In this document: piece by piece, positions 59,131 through 64,000 of the stretch
Position numbering within the stretch: the first letter of the stretch is position 1
Layout: the number at the start of each line of letters is the position of its first letter
From: Haliotis cracherodii
Taxonomy: Eukaryota
Assembly (NCBI RefSeq): GCF_022045235.1
Contig: NW_027266271.1
Span: forward strand, 17,422,001-17,486,000
DNA length: 64,000 bases
Reading direction: 5' to 3'
Notes under the pieces: generated by a model
Told to the model about the DNA's origin: nothing
The model's input: the letters and a program-made list of their open reading frames with translations, nothing else
Database searches by the model: none
Translations under genes and position numbers: made by a program

Positions 59131-62082
59131 GGGAGATTTAACGTGCGCTTTCCGACTGATGCGTATTTCGCACACGGGCCCGGCCAGGCCATTTAATGTG
59201 TTTCCGAAAGGGGCGAAAGTGGTGTGTGCAACCCAAGAGGGGGCGTTAGGGGTTGCTTATATAGAATTTTGGAATTTTGAGATTTGGAATAGATGCCGAT
59301 GGGGTTGGGGAGGAGAACTAAGGGAGCTGGGTATGGTGGATGTTTGTTTGTTTATGTAATTTTGATTTGGTAGATTATAGTGTTTTTAGATGCGTTTTAT
59401 TAGTTCCGTTTTGATTAAGAATACGCCTAAGGCCTTGAAGTTTTCTAGTTTATTTTGTGGGTTTAGTATTGCTTCTAGAGTGAGAGCCTTGTTTAGATTG
59501 AGGGTGGTTTGTTAATGCGGTTCGATGTGTTAGGTAGTGTGTGCAGTGGATGAGTGCGTGTTGTGGGGTTTCCAGTTGTTTGCAGTGTGGGCAGTTACCT
59601 GTAGTATGTTTTTTTTATTTTTTTTAGATGGTTATTTAGGTTGGTGTGTCCTGTTTGGAGTTTAGTGATTACTCTGTCGATTTTTTTTGATGGATGGAGA
59701 ATTTTTGGTTTGGTTAGTGGTTTGCTGAGTACTTTTTTGATTTGGCTATTTGAGTTTAGATAAAGGTTATGCCATTTTTTGGTGATTTTTTGCTTGTTTA
59801 CGCTTTTAATTTCTGATTTTGAGATTGGTAAGTTTAAGCTTATTTCTGAGATTTTGAGGGGTAGTTTAGCTGCTTTATCGGCGTTTTCATTACCGTATAT
59901 TCCTACGTGGGCGGGTATCCACAAGAAGGTTATTTGTTGGCCTGCCTTAGTTAGGTCGTTGGAGCTTTTAAGTATTTGATTTATTAATTTAGGTCGGTTT
60001 TTGGTATTTTTGTTTTGGAGGGCTTGCAGTCCACTTAGGGAGTCGGTAAGTATTAGGATTTTTTTGTGTTTTTTGGATTCTTGATTATGGAGGGCTGAGG
60101 CCATGCCCATTAGTTCTGCCGTGAATATTGATTGGTTGTTTGGGAGTCGGAAGGATTGTGTGGTTTTAGTTGGTTGTGTGGTATGGACTCCGAAACCTGT
60201 GTGTTTGGAGGTCGGATCTGAAGATCCGTCCGTGTAAATGTGACACCAATTTGGCCAATTTTCGTGTATGTATGCTAGTGTGGTGGTTTTAGCTATGTTT
60301 GGGTCGGTTTGTTTATTTATTTGGCTAGCTAGTTTTGTGTCTATTTTGGGTATTTTAAGTTTAGGGGTGAAGATATTTGATTGTTTGCAGTTTTGTTTAA
60401 GATTTTTAATTTGGTGTTCATTTAGGTAGTTTGTTATTCTTTGGGATATCGGGGTAAGTAAGGGGTGTTTACGAGCTAGAGCTTGGTTTTTGAGGCTGAT
60501 ATTTTGGTTTATTAAGTTTTGGATGAGAGGGTTTGATTGGGACGCGGCCCAGAAATTTAAGCTTAGCTGTTCCCTGCGTAGACTTAGTGGCATTTCTCCT
60601 GTAAAGGCCTGAAGTGAAGTGTAGGAGGTGCCATGTTTGGTGCGTGTAATTAGTTTGAGGGCCTGATATTGTATTGAGTCAAGTTTTTTAGATAGAGAGT
60701 TGTTTAGGGTGTTGTATATGGCGCAGCCGTAGTCTAGTTTTGATCTAATTAGTGATATGTAGAGAGAGAGAGGAGGGTATCTTTGGAGGCTCCCACGTTA
60801 GAGCCAGTTAGGCATCTTAGGGTGTTTAGGTCTTTACTGCATTTAGTTGTTAGGTTTTGGATGTGAGCATCCCAGGTGAGATGTTCATCGAAAATAAGTC
60901 CTAAGAATTTGGTTTGTTTTTGAAATTAGATTGTTGGGTTGTTTAGCTGGAGGATTGGGGAGGCGGGTTTCATGTTTTTATGTTTGAATACTATTCCTGT
61001 TGTTTTTTTCTGAGTTAAGGGAGAAGCCCCATTTGTCAGCCCATTGTTGTATTTTATTAAGAGATTTTTGGAGTAAATTTTGGGCCATTTTATGCTTTTA
61101 GTGCGGATCCAAAGGTCTACATCATCCGCGAATTTCGATGTGTTTACTTTAGTGGATAGGCCCTCGAATAGATCGTTTATCATTATATTGAAGAGGGTGG
61201 GGCTGAGGATACTGCCCTGGGGAGTGCCATTTTCTAGGGGACATTGGTCCGATAGTTTTGGTCTATACCCACGGTTATTTTACGATTGTTTAGGAAGTCC
61301 TGGATGTAGTTTATTATCTGACCTTTGAGTCCCAATTGTTAGACATTTTTATTTAGGCAAAGAGGGAATATACCTACAGGTGTAATGGATCAGTCCTAAT
61401 TAGATAAAAGTACTGCGTAGGGATAGGGGACTCACAGTTGAGGGAGTATATATAATACAATTTCGTTTAATTAACCTAAATTACCTTACTCTCAGCACAG
61501 GTTCAATAGGCATGAGAATAACTATGTAAACTATGGAGTAGCTTAATTGTCTTACTATATGATCAGTTGAAGGAGTTGAGTTTAGATTATCTACTCATCA
61601 AACAAATAAATATGATATTGGGGTACGTATCATTGTCAGTATCGATGTGGCTGGTTTAAGGAAAGTAGAGTAAATCACCTCTCGGCGTGGAAGTAAGCAG
61701 TTGATATTAGATGGATATATTTACAACAGAAACCGCGAGAGGCAAACCTTACACATTGGAGATGTGTCGTCAAGACTTGCAATGAGAAATGTACGACTGT
61801 CGGTGATAAATAAACTGTAACAGTTATTAAATGTAAACTGTACATTACCAAAAACTGTCACAAAGAGTTGTTACAAACTGTATAAAATTTATCAAATGTA
61901 AAGTGTCATTAAATGTTAAGTATAATATTAAAGTATCTATTTAAAGCTAAATATTTAAAGCTACTTTGCTTTCCATTTTAAAGTCTGAGGTAACAAGCAT
62001 AAGGATTAGTGTGCACTCGACCGTTTAAAGTGTTGTTATAAGCTGTCTAACTATTGGGACGTCTAACTAATGGGAGGACACC
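59058..62082. mobile_element. Mutator-like (MULE) element with FLYWCH relic
   Basis: Repetitive TIRs TCCCATTAGTTAGACG; 8-bp TSD CCCGTGGT at 59050-59057 and 62083-62090; frameshifted FLYWCH relic ITSRRGSKQLILDGYIY..HWRC..C at ~61674-61810. Confidence 0.82.
59101..61330 (-). mobile_element. 5'-truncated RNase-H-bearing LINE (I group), frameshifted
   Basis: RT motifs GTPQGSILSPTLF and KFADD; RNase H motifs IYTDGS, AEL, TDS, WIPAHVGIYGNENADKAAK; CPHC..H...C knuckle; (AAGT)n tail at 59101-59130. Confidence 0.92.
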
Positions 62083-63105
62083 CCCGTGGTTAGTCACGTG
62101 ATATGTTGTTTGACAAAAGTTATCTAGAACTCTATGGTTACACTACAAGTCACTAATGTTTGCATGTCTTTCTGACTATGCACCATTCCTTCTGATTTTT
62201 CATATGGTTGAATAAAGATGTAACTTAATTCAACTTCAGTGTATGAATGACCAGGTTGTTTAATACAAATAAAATACGTTTTGCCAGGGCTATTCTAAAA
62301 GTGTCCCCAATCGGACACCTCCTGAGACCTACAGTGGGTACCCGGGTAGGATCGGGTAATAGGGGGGGGGTGGGTACCCGGGTAGTAAATTTGGACTCGT
62401 TCAAGCCCTAACGCTTATCATCTATGTCGTATAAGACATGAAGTGTGGGCTTATGCTTCATCTTACTATGCAGGCCACTAATGTTCTATATTTTTCATAC
62501 CCACGCTACGAGTCAATTGACATTAAACATGTATGTACTTTGGGTCTCATGGTCTCATTTCAATAAATCCTTGAAATCCTGAATTAACACTTTGGAGTGC
62601 AATTTTCACACATTAACATTTTGTCCAAGAGATAAAGTAAACGTATCTAAAGTTTTTATATATAGCTACAAAATAAATAGATAAAATCCAAATTGAGGCC
62701 AGAGCTTTGTGTAATTTGTCATTTGAGACCTGAAAAATCAGTAGTTGGATTCGTTTCTTTTTTAAAATATTTTTTCTAGTATCTGGGAGACAGACCCAAA
62801 TTTTTCAGAGAGTCGAGAAACAGCCGTAAAGTCATATGTTCTCTGAATATTCATTTATTCAATTCATCCTTGTCATCGATTATGTTATGCATATTCATTA
62901 GAATGTACATGTCGCTGTCTTGTGACATTCAACAGAGACATACGCATTTAAATCTCAACATCTCTCTTAAAAGTGCAAGCGATTCGCGTTGTGGCGGGCA
63001 CGATACCAAGGGAATTAACTCTGTGTAGAAAATGCATTTGGAACACTCTTGTGCGATGTTTCAATACAGGCTGCGGAGTTCACCGAAGAGTTCCGATTGA
63101 TCAAA

Positions 63106-63175
63106 ATGGCGGAACCCAGGGAAGACGAAAACATTGTTGACGACTCGAAGATAGAACAGTTTTGTGCAGTGACAG
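63106..63175 (+). CDS. Probable first coding exon of a UBA-like/UBX-domain gene (UBXN7/p47-like)
   Basis: AAAATGGCG start; translation MAEPREDENIVDDSKIEQFCAVT(G); phase-1 donor AG|GTGTGT. IxQFxxVTG matches UBA-like N-termini of UBX proteins. Confidence 0.55.
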
Positions 63176-63907
63176 GTGTGTAACTCAGATGTATTCCATA
63201 ACTGAAATGAACATTCGTATTGATACCTTACCTTGACATTTGACATTGCAAAACTGTCATATACTTTTCGTTGTAGCGTTGATTTTTTAGATAGTCTTCT
63301 CGCGACACACCTTGTCATGCTTATTTTCAAGGTAGCGAAACTGTCAATACGTGATGATGATATGGGGATTGTGGCCTTATATCATGTATATTATGAGGAT
63401 ATTGTTTGTAAACGTAATTTTAAACGGCATAAGAGTGTTTAGAACTTGCATGCAAAATTCAACTCAGTTCTGTAGTGAATAAAATCTATGGATTAACAGC
63501 TGTATAATATCCACTGGAACTGTTGAAAGTGAAACGAGTAAGTACCGTGCAGATTACAAATGTAATTCTAAAGGCCATGTTTTACTCAGTTTTCCCAGCA
63601 AATAACAATCTTATCCACAGTATTGTCCATCTTAATTTGTGTTAACACATCTGTTGTAGTAATGTGTTCAAATTTACTGTTGGGGTACCTGACCTAGACT
63701 AACATCTAGTCTCTGAAATGAAAATATTTTACAAAAATAAAAACAGTTGTTAAATTATCTTAATAAAATATAATAAAACATAGCCTGAAAGTTCAGTGAT
63801 CTAGACTTGCCGGAGCACCTTTGGAATACAGTACCACAACTTCTCGTGAGGACGATCTCTGCCGTAGGTCACATGTCACAAGACAAGCAACCAGTTATAG
63901 TGAAAAT

Positions 63908-63975
63908 CCGTCGGACGCGAACCCGCGACCTTCGGATTGTTAGCCTGACAGCTAACCAACTGAGCTACGTCCACA
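63908..63975 (-). pseudogene. tRNA-like sequence (pseudo-tRNA or SINE head, tRNA-Ile-like)
   Basis: GTAGCTCAGTTGGTTAG (A box) ... AAGGTCGCGGGTTCGCGTCC (B box); acceptor and anticodon stems are poor. Confidence 0.6.
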
Positions 63976-64000
63976 CTGTTAAACTTAGTGTAAATTTACC

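Larger units (their letters stand above)
58994..62410. mobile_element. hAT-type non-autonomous element (host of nested insertions)
   Basis: TIRs TAGGGCTGGGACG / CGTTCAAGCCCTA; perfect 8-bp TSD ACGCTTAT at 58986-58993 and 62411-62418; subterminal TACCCGG repeats. Confidence 0.9.

Overview
AT-rich, intron-containing animal genomic DNA. The repeat content and gene set point to a mollusc, probably a gastropod such as abalone (inference). Genes: (1) a single-coding-exon C2H2 zinc-finger gene with 14 fingers, 3327-4904 (+); (2) three intact tandem ankyrin-repeat + SOCS-box (ASB-like) genes on ~3.2-kb duplicated units (-); (3) a single-cysteine-cluster Toll-like receptor, 35127-37208 (-); (4) two orphan exons of a short-chain dehydrogenase/reductase just right of a 174-N gap; (5) a complete 9-exon, 499-aa mitochondrial-clan cytochrome P450 assembled by hand, 46420-56554 (-); (6) a probable first coding exon of a UBA/UBX-type gene, 63106-63175 (+). 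The rest is dense in mobile DNA: four or five SINE-like families with related 3' tails, one of which has a non-tRNA, apparently structured 5' head with a fixed start; an internally deleted Gypsy LTR element that keeps an intact integrase; a four-layer nest (old LINE > hAT MITE > Mutator-like element > RNase-H LINE); several MITEs; and minisatellites. Best candidates for new biology: the structured head of the non-tRNA retroposon, the ASB triplication next to a TLR with a non-canonical BB loop, and the integrase-only LTR element. All coordinates and counts were read by eye; no searches were run.
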